Shown here in pieces: positions 18,001 to 25,955 of a stretch of DNA of 32,276 nt (positions are counted from its first letter, which is position 1; the number at the start of each line of letters is the position of its first letter). A model generated the notes under the pieces. The model ran no database searches and had not been told where the DNA came from. It saw nothing but the letters and a program-made list of their open reading frames with translations. The stretch covers positions 1-32,276 of IMG/VR virus record IMGVR_UViG_3300012953_000111; one strand, given 5' to 3'. A program made the translations under genes and the position numbers. This DNA comes from a virus. Lineage: Duplodnaviria > Caudoviricetes.

Positions 18001-21000
18001 TGCTGACAGATATAAAGGAGAACAGGAGCAAAATGAAGAAAGAATAGCTGAACTTATGGGAATTATGGCTTCTGAATATAAAACTTTGTCTAAGCCCCAG
18101 AAAAATGTTGTTTTAAAATTTATAGAGGATCTTGCTAAGGCTTTAGGGATTAATTTAAATACGTCAGAATTTACCAAAACAGACGAGGAGGTAATAAATT
18201 TACTTAATACTTTAGCTGTAAAAGTTGGAACAGGACAAGAGATTACGGAGAGTGATGTTGAGGTATTAGAACAAGGTGAATTAATAAAAGAAGCGGATGG
18301 AATTATTCCTGACAACATAGATGATGATGGGCCTCCAATAAATCTACCCCGAAAAAGGCAAAGAAAAAGTGATGCATTTCAGGTTGACTACGGCGGTATA
18401 AATTTAAATAATATAAAACGTGGCAGCATTAATGATTTGTCCGGAACAAATGCTTTTGTTTTTGCCGCAGATAAAGCTACATTTGGAAAGATAAAAAGCC
18501 CTACAGGGTTAGAGTTTAATTTTTATGGAGGGTACCTATACCCTTACGGTACACCATACGGGTGGGCTTTTACAGAGAAGAACGCTGCTCAGAAAGTATT
18601 AAACAAGATCAAACAGAGTGATGGAGTTGGTCTTGTGATGTCTCAAGTTCCTGATGGTATTACAGGAAGTTTTACATTCTTTCAGTATTTGAATGCTGAA
18701 ATTGCGCATGCTGTAAACAAAGGAGTTAACCCAAAAGAACTTTTAAAATATGTAAATCAAAAATTAAAATTGACTGAAATTTCTTCAGCGTTAAAAGCAA
18801 AAGGTTTACCAGGGCAAATTAACAATTTAGATGAGCTAAATACTTTAATGCCATTTGAAGGAGAAAATAAAATATCTTATTTATCTAGAGGCACATTTGC
18901 TAAAACGTTTTTTAGTGCAGAATCTGCCGATAAATTTGGAATTCCGCCAATCACACCAACAGCTAAAATTGACGTAGGTGTTTTAGATTATGTTAATGCC
19001 CCAAGTTTAAAACAGGTAGGTTACGGTGACATTGTTTCAGCTATTCAGTTTGACAAAAACTCTGACATAATAGAAGTAAGAGAGGGTGATCCTGGATATC
19101 ATCCTTCATATCCTTATACTATTTCAGGTGAACCTATTATGGTTTTTGATAATGCGGTTGATGTAAGAAAAGTATATCCAAATGCTGTGCCTGCCGGTCC
19201 TGAAAGAACTGCTGCTCGTCCTCAAGGTGTTAATAAAACTCCGCTTGGACAAAGAGAGAAGCCACAAGCGGCTAGATCCGCAATGGGCGGTCAATATATT
19301 GCTAAAATTCCTGATAATATAGATACACAAGGCGAGCCAAAAATAAGAAGAAGACAACGTCGTACTTTAGAACAGGTTACACAACAATATAACATGAATG
19401 AAGATGGGTACACGCCGAAAACTGCTAACCTTTCGCAGTTTAGCAAAGCAGTTGCACCATTTGGCTATGAAGCAGTTCGGGCACGTGAAGATCAGTTTGG
19501 TCGAGGTGGAGGTTTGTATATAAGAAAGCCTGGACAACGTCGTTATAAACCGCCATCTCTGAGAAGAAGACAAAGAAGATCAGTTGTTGATTATGTAAAT
19601 GAAGGTAGAGATGCAGGGTTTAGAGATGAACTTATTGTAGATTATTTACGAAGAGTGCGTAAATTAAAAATGAAAGATATCCGTGATGTCATGGATATAC
19701 CTATAGGGATTACTATGTCTTTACCTGAAAGCTTTACAAACATAAAAGGCGGAGCAGTTGTAGGGTTGAAGTTGTTTAAAAAAATTGAGGCTTTTAGAGA
19801 TAGAGAACGAAAGCTTAATAAAAGAAGAAAAAACAAATTGTCTGAAGCAGAAATAATGACTAAAGCAATTGAGTTCTTACAAGCACAACCTGAATATAAA
19901 AACGAGGGTGACACATTTGTTTCTAAAGGAAAAACTAAATTTAAAGCCGGAATTTCTACACAACAAGTATTGTTAGAAAATGATTTGCAAAAAACTTTAG
20001 ATCAAAGGCCCACTCAAGATATGGCCCGGAGGTTAAAACTTGCACGAGCCATGATACGTCAACGTGCTAAAGGGAAAAGAGATTTACAAGCCATAAAAAG
20101 AGAGGTGCGAAGTTTCATCAGGAAAACATTACCTACAGATGTTTATAGCTTATCAGAAGTAAAATCTTTAATTAACGAAGTTACTGAAGCTACGGAACAA
20201 AATATAGAAAATGTTTTAGATAAAGTTGTGGATTTGGCTACGTCAAAAAACAATAATGCATTAGAAAATAAAATAAAAAAACTTTTAAATAATGAATTTA
20301 TAACTGTAAGGTTTGGTAGAAAAGTAGGTAAGACTGTTGACCAGTCTACCCGTGATCGTTTAAGAGCAATTAAAAAAGTATTGGCTAATAAAAATGCAAC
20401 TGGACAAGAAATAGATAAAATTAATGAAAGCTTAAACAAAGAATTTAATGAGCTGTTGCTAGATCCAGAGCCAAGCCAAGATGTGGTAAATAAAATGATT
20501 GACATTCAAATAGCCATAAACATTAACAATGCACAAAAATTAGAAAATACTAATGTTTATAAGACAGAAGCATTAGACTCTGCTTTGGTAGAGCTTGTTG
20601 CTTTAGTTGGTCAAGGTAGAACTTTGTTACAGCAAGAGCTAGACAAGGCTTCAAAGGGCTATAGAGATCAAATGAGTAAAGTTTATGAAGCCATTACAGG
20701 GCAAAAGATTGATTTAGAAGCTGATGATGCTAACGAAATACTTAAAAAACAACAAGACAATAGGGTAAGTCAAAGAGAAAAAAACTTAGTTCAAAAAAGA
20801 ATAAGAACATCAATTACAAATATAGTCTCTAGAATAGAACAATATATTTTTGGGAGCGCTGAAGCTATTGATGGTTTAATGGATAGAATAGACAAGCTTG
20901 CAGGAGATATTTTTGGCGGAGCAACTCAAGTATTAGTTACCGATAAGATAGACGCATCTTCTAGGTCTTACAAAAAAAGAATGTTAGGTTTTGAAAAACT

Positions 21001-22987
21001 ATTAAGAGAAACTTTAAAAGAATATTACGGAAAAAACTGGGAGTCTAAAGCACGAAAGTTTAGATCAGAAAAATTTGAATTTATAAAAAGTAATAAAAAT
21101 CCAGTATACTATACTCAAGACCAAATGTATTATCTGTATAATCAGTATAAAGATCCGCAGTCTCATGGGGCTTTTGAAAACATGTTTGGAAAAGATTATG
21201 CTAGAGTAATGAAAGACATTGAAAACAAATTAAAACCAGAAGTAAAAGACTTTGCGGATTGGCAAGTAGATGTGTATTTCCCTATGGTTTATTCTCATTA
21301 TAATAAAACATATCAAAAAATATATAGAACAAACATGCCATGGTCTCAATTTTATGCAGGGAGAATATATAGAGAGAACTTTACACCAGAGCCATTAGAT
21401 TTATTAGCCAATAGCACCGTATATAATACGGCGGTTGGATCTGCTTCAACTTTACTAAGACAAAATTCTAATGCTAAAATACAAGCAATGAATGGTACTG
21501 ATGCTTTAGTCACCTATACTAAAGACATGGAATATTTTGCTGCTTACGCTGAATCTATAAGAGATATAAATAAAATATTTGACAATCAGTACATTAAATC
21601 AGCCATAAGGGAAATACACGGTGACTTTACGCTTACATTAATACAAGACATGATTAAAAAAATAGCGGCTAAAGGAATACAAGACTCTAAAGTTGCCCAA
21701 GTTTTAAACTCGATGAATACAGCTTTTATATTTGCAAGGCTAGGATTGAGTCCAGTAATTATGATCAAGCAGCTTACATCTATTCCTACTTATGCTTCGG
21801 ATATTGGCATAATAAATTGGTTGAAATATGCAGCTAAAAATAAAACAGAACAAATTAAAGTTTGGAAAGAAGTACGTGACAATTCTGTTTATATGCAAGA
21901 CCGTAGGAATAATAGTATTTTAAGACAAATAGAATCTTATAGTGAGTCCTCAAGATCTGGTTTTTTACCACAAAAAGGGTTAGTTTGGGCTGAAGATTTT
22001 TTAATGTGGACTACAAAATTTGGAGATAGAATGGCTATTATGCTCGGAGGTCTTCCTAATTATTCTTATTACAAGGCAGAGTTTAAAAAGAAAAATCCAA
22101 ATGCAACTGAGCAAGAAGCTATTGATCATGCAATTATAAAATTTGAAAGAGACACCAAAAGAACGCAACAGTCCAGTGATCTACAAGATAAAGATTACAC
22201 ACAGACTAGTGCTTTCAGATCTTTTAATATGTTTATGACTACGCCTAAACAATATTTAAGAAAAGAAATTAGAAGCGCCAGGAATTTAATGAGAAAGTTA
22301 AAAGCAATGGATTTAAAAGCGGGTAAAGGAACTTTTTCACAAAACGCAGGATCTTTATTAATGTACCATATGTTTATGCCCATGCTTTTTCAATATGTAA
22401 GCAACGGAATGCCTGCATTATTGAGTGATTGGGATGATGATGATACTTCAGATTTAGTGAGAGCAGCGGTTTTAGGAAATTTAAATGCCATAATTATAGG
22501 TGGTGAAATTCTTGCCTCTATTGCTGATTCAATTCAAGGAAAACCTTGGGCGGATGAAGTAACTTCAATACCTGTATTTGAAGTTTTTAATGACTTAAAA
22601 GCAAAATTATTTGATGTAACAGAAGCTAAGACTCAAGAGAAAAAAGAAAAAGCCTTGTATGAATTGGCTCAATCTATTGCAACCACTATAGGTGTTCCTG
22701 CTAATCAAGTAAAAAAAGCTTTAAATAACTACCCTAAGCTGACAGAATCTGAGGACTTTGGTGAATTTATTTTACGTCTTTTAAATTATTCCGATTATCA
22801 AATAAGCGGGCCAGCTAAAAAAAATACAAAAAATAAAAGAAAAAATAAAATGACACAGCAGGAAATGAAGTTGATGTTTCCTGATTTATACGAAGAGATG
22901 CAAGGGTTAGAAGATCCCGACATAAAAGCTTTAGAAAAAGAACTTAGAGATTTAGAAAAAGAAATGTTAGAAGATTTATATAAATAG
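15062..22987 (+). CDS. giant internal virion/ejection polyvalent protein with a zincin-like metallopeptidase motif
   Basis: 2641 aa. HEIFH at 17864-17878 with downstream 'EERIAE', hydrophobic Gly/Ala segments, coiled coils, and a C-terminal region ('RTQQS...FNMFMTTP') typical of large phage DNA-transfer proteins. Confidence 0.7.
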   Translation: MDEQLLKDLLATAEANQYNWELIMPKFPELADVDLQLLKDYAETAKQRDYDYEVINPLFPELFSEEPLKKKEDMESNVVDGLSVPLTTTPSNNIDTEVSAMDKGLEVEPSETSQSTISPLVKEPEFNDVVTPELMTYEEEYVVPLLKYQYEDQGFTFEESGAFGDEMKVTANNGETLNVDLDVFTNAAKVNEANSLNEFIKKNKTQKGLNQMESDYISSKQKFNEEVEIDNAIKKIGEQTVEYAKEVQGYLANKAQLDEELNAIASLSAEQRNQKSVEIKQLMERVTDLRSTKNKLIQNQSLLVNNEKNLKIAAGKYFDMLTEQGTVGGASYNAFLKGTGRIAAGATSYGIDALVATLPFAGMNPVEYRQMFVDLAKEKGLKIPENFEDMSEKELKDFFSEVSKIEDLTTKSTTGRTIKVGEKEITFGDEIETLIYDKAKKTIKFTDDVGLGKGQGLLEAIRNGAVEALGDKGVSEQYDQLMREGFWGGAWLGLMESIPAMIAPGGAVGLAARTAMMFSQVSDHYDEEMDGNPEFKDITENERAAFKLPVGIVIGALEAIGVRNALRQSPFLNKLLLRIAGKTPKNVTGKTFNDIVRNEIDNMLAKGTLVVSAAGLAEFETGALQEIADIGAKNVYNAFKEKEMFVTPDSFSEGVSQVLVAGAQEAVGGFVIGTPGAIVAAATKKDFTQVDDATFKMFEILTEQDDSSKFTYTEYKNKIADPDNKMTKDEAKAELALFEQVQGLAKQIPTDLSTEQKKKALGLMLNKKELENSKEGKDPSLTKNIDQKIQDINNQLDTIFFTKEADAVAEAIPDMEQKDDTVVVQEDITEEQKDIDSFFGEDVEETTETVESNLSINRSGEVVEKSPQNISRENRVINLAKLGAKAISKILPNTRIILHESNKEFEKYATPGDAEIIGNIIHINLSRAPEVTVPHEIFHAVFLNKIKTDPQTAAIAEVMMKTVRKTLSNDSELAQRIDKYADRYKGEQEQNEERIAELMGIMASEYKTLSKPQKNVVLKFIEDLAKALGINLNTSEFTKTDEEVINLLNTLAVKVGTGQEITESDVEVLEQGELIKEADGIIPDNIDDDGPPINLPRKRQRKSDAFQVDYGGINLNNIKRGSINDLSGTNAFVFAADKATFGKIKSPTGLEFNFYGGYLYPYGTPYGWAFTEKNAAQKVLNKIKQSDGVGLVMSQVPDGITGSFTFFQYLNAEIAHAVNKGVNPKELLKYVNQKLKLTEISSALKAKGLPGQINNLDELNTLMPFEGENKISYLSRGTFAKTFFSAESADKFGIPPITPTAKIDVGVLDYVNAPSLKQVGYGDIVSAIQFDKNSDIIEVREGDPGYHPSYPYTISGEPIMVFDNAVDVRKVYPNAVPAGPERTAARPQGVNKTPLGQREKPQAARSAMGGQYIAKIPDNIDTQGEPKIRRRQRRTLEQVTQQYNMNEDGYTPKTANLSQFSKAVAPFGYEAVRAREDQFGRGGGLYIRKPGQRRYKPPSLRRRQRRSVVDYVNEGRDAGFRDELIVDYLRRVRKLKMKDIRDVMDIPIGITMSLPESFTNIKGGAVVGLKLFKKIEAFRDRERKLNKRRKNKLSEAEIMTKAIEFLQAQPEYKNEGDTFVSKGKTKFKAGISTQQVLLENDLQKTLDQRPTQDMARRLKLARAMIRQRAKGKRDLQAIKREVRSFIRKTLPTDVYSLSEVKSLINEVTEATEQNIENVLDKVVDLATSKNNNALENKIKKLLNNEFITVRFGRKVGKTVDQSTRDRLRAIKKVLANKNATGQEIDKINESLNKEFNELLLDPEPSQDVVNKMIDIQIAININNAQKLENTNVYKTEALDSALVELVALVGQGRTLLQQELDKASKGYRDQMSKVYEAITGQKIDLEADDANEILKKQQDNRVSQREKNLVQKRIRTSITNIVSRIEQYIFGSAEAIDGLMDRIDKLAGDIFGGATQVLVTDKIDASSRSYKKRMLGFEKLLRETLKEYYGKNWESKARKFRSEKFEFIKSNKNPVYYTQDQMYYLYNQYKDPQSHGAFENMFGKDYARVMKDIENKLKPEVKDFADWQVDVYFPMVYSHYNKTYQKIYRTNMPWSQFYAGRIYRENFTPEPLDLLANSTVYNTAVGSASTLLRQNSNAKIQAMNGTDALVTYTKDMEYFAAYAESIRDINKIFDNQYIKSAIREIHGDFTLTLIQDMIKKIAAKGIQDSKVAQVLNSMNTAFIFARLGLSPVIMIKQLTSIPTYASDIGIINWLKYAAKNKTEQIKVWKEVRDNSVYMQDRRNNSILRQIESYSESSRSGFLPQKGLVWAEDFLMWTTKFGDRMAIMLGGLPNYSYYKAEFKKKNPNATEQEAIDHAIIKFERDTKRTQQSSDLQDKDYTQTSAFRSFNMFMTTPKQYLRKEIRSARNLMRKLKAMDLKAGKGTFSQNAGSLLMYHMFMPMLFQYVSNGMPALLSDWDDDDTSDLVRAAVLGNLNAIIIGGEILASIADSIQGKPWADEVTSIPVFEVFNDLKAKLFDVTEAKTQEKKEKALYELAQSIATTIGVPANQVKKALNNYPKLTESEDFGEFILRLLNYSDYQISGPAKKNTKNKRKNKMTQQEMKLMFPDLYEEMQGLEDPDIKALEKELRDLEKEMLEDLYK
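15065..15247 (+). repeat. tandem ~32-aa repeat at the N-terminus of the giant protein
   Basis: DEQLLKDLLATAEANQYNWELIMPKFPEL versus DLQLLKDYAETAKQRDYDYEVINPLFPEL. Confidence 0.8.
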
Positions 22988-22989
22988 AT

Positions 22990-23175
22990 ATGCCATTTAA
23001 AAGTCAAGCGCAACGAGCGTACATGTACAAAAACCTGCCTGAAATAGCGGAGAGGTGGGAAAAAGAAACTACCTCTGGCACATTGCCAAAACGTATTCAT
23101 GCTAAAAAGAAAGGGCCGTCAATAATATCTCAAAGAAGACGTAAACGAAAAATCAAAATGCAAAGACGGAGATAA
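22990..23175 (+). CDS. small basic phage protein ('MPFKS..QR' type), function unknown
   Basis: 61 aa, starts 2 nt after the giant gene. MPFKSQAQRAYMY..PEIAERWE motif and an Arg/Lys-rich tail. Confidence 0.7.
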   Translation: MPFKSQAQRAYMYKNLPEIAERWEKETTSGTLPKRIHAKKKGPSIISQRRRKRKIKMQRRR

Positions 23176-23242
23176 GGTAAAAAATTATAGAGGTAATTAA
23201 AACTGCTACCATAAAGTCTATGGTATCTTTATTAAATTTCAT
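23153..23242 (-). CDS. putative 29-aa single-TM membrane peptide (not in the ORF track)
   Basis: MKFNKDTIDFMVAVLITSIIFYLISVFAF*. Its start overlaps the end of 23232..23423. Confidence 0.45.
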   Translation of the reverse strand: MKFNKDTIDFMVAVLITSIIFYLISVFAF

Positions 23243-23423
23243 CTGATACTGACTCTGTCACGCTTCTTAATTTTCTAATTAGCGTATTTACTTTAGTTCT
23301 TAAAGGTACATGTTCTCTGTCTACTAAGTCTTCGTAAACATCATTAAGAAGGGTATGACATTCCTCCATGCAGTAATTAATACTTTGGAGTCGTGATCTC
23401 TCAACTGGAGGAATACCATTCAT
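23232..23423 (-). CDS. hypothetical protein
   Basis: 63-aa ORF near the distal end of the - strand operon. Confidence 0.6.
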   Translation of the reverse strand: MNGIPPVERSRLQSINYCMEECHTLLNDVYEDLVDREHVPLRTKVNTLIRKLRSVTESVSDEI

Positions 23424-23468
23424 ACTATCTAAATTATAAATAAATTTTCACAAAAAAAAGTATAAATA

Positions 23469-23891
23469 TTAATAATTTAAATTATAATACTTTTCCAAAG
23501 CTTTTTTTCTTCTCTTACTTGCCTTCTCGTTTAATAATTTTATTCGTAAACGCTGGTAATTTCTTATAATTTCATTTGGATCTGTTTTTATTTTCTGAGG
23601 CAACTTATCCTGTTCCGTAAGGCTTTGGTATAAATGAGAGTAAATTGATAAATGTTCTTGGGTGTTGCAGAAAACCCAGGATTCAAATATAATTCTTATC
23701 GCATGCAAAACAGTTGCATGGTTTTTATTTAGAGTGTGTCCTATCGAGGATAATGGTTGCCCAGTCAACTCTTTACAAAGCTTGAAATAAATAGTACGTG
23801 CCACAACGTAGGGAGCTCTTCTCGTTGTAGCTTTAATATTTAATTTATAATGATCTTGAACTGCAGTTCTTATATTTTTAAAAGTTATCAT
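23469..23891 (-). CDS. stand-alone DnaA domain IV (Bac_DnaA_C)-like HTH DNA-binding protein
   Basis: 'RRAPYVVARTIYFKLCKELTGQPLSSIGHTLNKNHATVLHAIR' follows the DnaA C-terminal signature (R..AMYL.RELT..SL..IG..F..RDHTTVLHA). Confidence 0.8.
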   Translation of the reverse strand: MITFKNIRTAVQDHYKLNIKATTRRAPYVVARTIYFKLCKELTGQPLSSIGHTLNKNHATVLHAIRIIFESWVFCNTQEHLSIYSHLYQSLTEQDKLPQKIKTDPNEIIRNYQRLRIKLLNEKASKRRKKALEKYYNLNY

Positions 23892-24211
23892 AGGGTTAAG
23901 TTTATATTGTAGTAGTCTAAATAATCATCAGAGCTAATCGTTTGTATATTAGAGAATACAGGATGAGTATCATATTTAATTTCTAATTTAAAAAAATCTG
24001 GTTCTTTACCTTTTAGCACACCTGCGTATTCATAAGTAGAAAATTGATCTGTTAATTCATTTTTATCCATAAATATTTCTATTTGAATTACTATTTGAAC
24101 AGCTTTGTGTAGGTCCATGCGCATAAGTTGAAAAAGAAAATCCCCTTCAAAGGTATACACCTCTCCTAAATAGGTTTCATGAACCTCTAAAAACTTGTAC
24201 TTTGAATCCAT
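23888..24211 (-). CDS. hypothetical protein
   Basis: 107-aa ORF overlapping both neighbours in a coupled operon. Confidence 0.65.
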   Translation of the reverse strand: MDSKYKFLEVHETYLGEVYTFEGDFLFQLMRMDLHKAVQIVIQIEIFMDKNELTDQFSTYEYAGVLKGKEPDFFKLEIKYDTHPVFSNIQTISSDDYLDYYNINLTL

Positions 24212-24419
24212 ATTCTTTTAACTCTTTTAAACGGTACTCCTGGAGCTTCGACACTCTACCTTTTTTAGTCTTGACCTCTACAAACAAGACTGTATTGTTA
24301 GGGTGCAAAGCCAACAAATCAGGAATACCATTCTTATTAGTCTTTATAAGCTTGAGGACGTAATACCCTTCAGCCTCTAGCTCTTTAATTTTTTTTGACT
24401 GTACTTGCTGTTCCGTCAT
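24177..24419 (-). CDS. VRR-NUC domain nuclease (Holliday-junction resolvase-like)
   Basis: 'E..Q.K.IK.LE..G', 'GIPDLLAL...FVEVK...GRVSKLQ' PD-(D/E)xK motif, adjacent to an SF2 helicase. Confidence 0.88.
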   Translation of the reverse strand: MTEQQVQSKKIKELEAEGYYVLKLIKTNKNGIPDLLALHPNNTVLFVEVKTKKGRVSKLQEYRLKELKEYGFKVQVFRGS

Positions 24420-25652
24420 TTATAAATTTAACAAATCTTTTTTGAAAATATTAGTGGTGTATTTTTTCTTTTTAACAACAGCTTTGTAAATTTTATCCTC
24501 AATACCTCCCTCAGAAAAAATCCAATAGACTTCGTTTTTTTCTCTATCCTTGGTTGTCATCCTATCTCGAGACTGCCAATAACTTGTGGCACTAAAGTCT
24601 ATGTTGTAATAAACCAAACAATCAGCTTGACGAAGACTAATACCTTCTCGCCCACTTACTATTTGTAATGCGATGGATTTATTAGTGTTAATAAATTCTT
24701 CAAGCTCAGTTGTAAGATTGTCCTGAAAAATTTCTTTCAATGCTTTGAACTCTTCTTTAAATTTATAGAAGATACCTATTTTTTTATCTTTAAATTTTTC
24801 TTTTATAAATTGAGCTTTCGTATAGTCTAAAGTTGTAGATGTACCACTCTCAAACTTAACAGTTCCAGAGTAAATCTGATGTAGCTTCATCATAAGCTTA
24901 ACGGGTGTATCTGCGAGTATTACCTCATTTTTTCCTTCCACTACTAAATTCTTCTGAAGTTTTTTTGCAAGATTATAAGTTAAGGAGCTCATCTTTACGT
25001 GTAATATATGCTCATTAGTTTTTACTTTAAAGCCCGCTTCTTTTTGACTAAAAGATATAAAGTAAGGTTGCATTGCATCCATAATACTTTGTTTACCATT
25101 ATCATAATTATTAACTAGATATCCATTTTGCATTTCTTTAATAACATTAACATGTTCTTTAGCAAAATCATAAAAATGCATGTAACGATTAAAAGGATTT
25201 CCCGGAATAGCATACACTTGATGGTACATCTCACTTGGAGATTCAGGTGTGGGGGTTCCCGATAACAAAATAACTAAAGGATCATTCTTTTTAATAATAA
25301 TCTTTACTTGCTTAGCCCCCTTTGTAGGTTTTGGATACGCTTTCATGTTATGTGCCTCGTCTAAAATTATAAGATCAAAGCTTCCTTCTATCTTGTGCAA
25401 GCTTTCGTAGTTTATTAAATCAAGACTAAAATTAGGCTTTAGCATATTGTAATCAGATTTAATAGAGCTAATTGCTTTCTTTTTTGTAATGAACAAAACT
25501 CTCTTGGCTCCCATTTCTTTAGCAATACCTAAACTTGTAAGTGTCTTTCCAGTCCTTACTTGCATTGCTAAATATACAAAGCGATGTTTCTTTACAATAT
25601 TAACTGCTCTAGATTTTATTTCCTCCTGATAATCTCTAAGTTTCATCCCCAT
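24420..25652 (-). CDS. SF2 (SNF2-like) helicase
   Basis: Q-motif LRDYQ, motif I 'VRTGKT', 'ILDEAH', 'LSGTP', 'SGREGISL' and 'QSRDR'. Confidence 0.88.
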   Translation of the reverse strand: MGMKLRDYQEEIKSRAVNIVKKHRFVYLAMQVRTGKTLTSLGIAKEMGAKRVLFITKKKAISSIKSDYNMLKPNFSLDLINYESLHKIEGSFDLIILDEAHNMKAYPKPTKGAKQVKIIIKKNDPLVILLSGTPTPESPSEMYHQVYAIPGNPFNRYMHFYDFAKEHVNVIKEMQNGYLVNNYDNGKQSIMDAMQPYFISFSQKEAGFKVKTNEHILHVKMSSLTYNLAKKLQKNLVVEGKNEVILADTPVKLMMKLHQIYSGTVKFESGTSTTLDYTKAQFIKEKFKDKKIGIFYKFKEEFKALKEIFQDNLTTELEEFINTNKSIALQIVSGREGISLRQADCLVYYNIDFSATSYWQSRDRMTTKDREKNEVYWIFSEGGIEDKIYKAVVKKKKYTTNIFKKDLLNL

Positions 25653-25929
25653 TTATTTCAAAATATTCGCTGTTATACTTAAAAAAATCCTCTAGTTCTT
25701 TCCGTTTTCCTTCACCGAAACCAGGGATTTTACAAATATCGTTTGCATTGATTTTTAAAACATCACCTACAACAGAATATCTGTTAGGCCATAAGGAATT
25801 GAATTCCAACGAATTGTACAAAGCCGTAGATATAAATCCGCTTTTATATAGGTGATAAAATGTTGTTTTTTCGGTAATTACTTGTACTTTACCGAAAGAA
25901 TCCTTGTATTTTTCATAAAAAGTTGACAT
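25636..25929 (-). CDS. RNA polymerase alpha-CTD-like (HhH) small protein
   Basis: 'ISTALYNSL....VVGDVLKINANDICKIPGFGEGKRKELEDFF' parallels the alpha-CTD pattern 'LSVRS.NCL....IGDLV.....ELLK.PNLGKKSL.EIKD.L'. Confidence 0.65.
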   Translation of the reverse strand: MSTFYEKYKDSFGKVQVITEKTTFYHLYKSGFISTALYNSLEFNSLWPNRYSVVGDVLKINANDICKIPGFGEGKRKELEDFFKYNSEYFEINGDET

Positions 25930-25955
25930 AGTTTTGAATTTTATAATAGTTTTAT

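Noticed and set aside
18350-19582. Resemblance of RRRQRR to the HIV Tat cell-penetrating peptide
   Set aside because: A short low-complexity basic motif gives no evidence of homology. It is kept only as an internal repeat.
15062-22987. Giant protein as a crAss-like virion RNA polymerase
   Set aside because: I found no DFDxD-type catalytic motif in a plausible context. The acidic runs (NIDDDGP, DWDDDDT) look like linkers, and the promoters are host-type.
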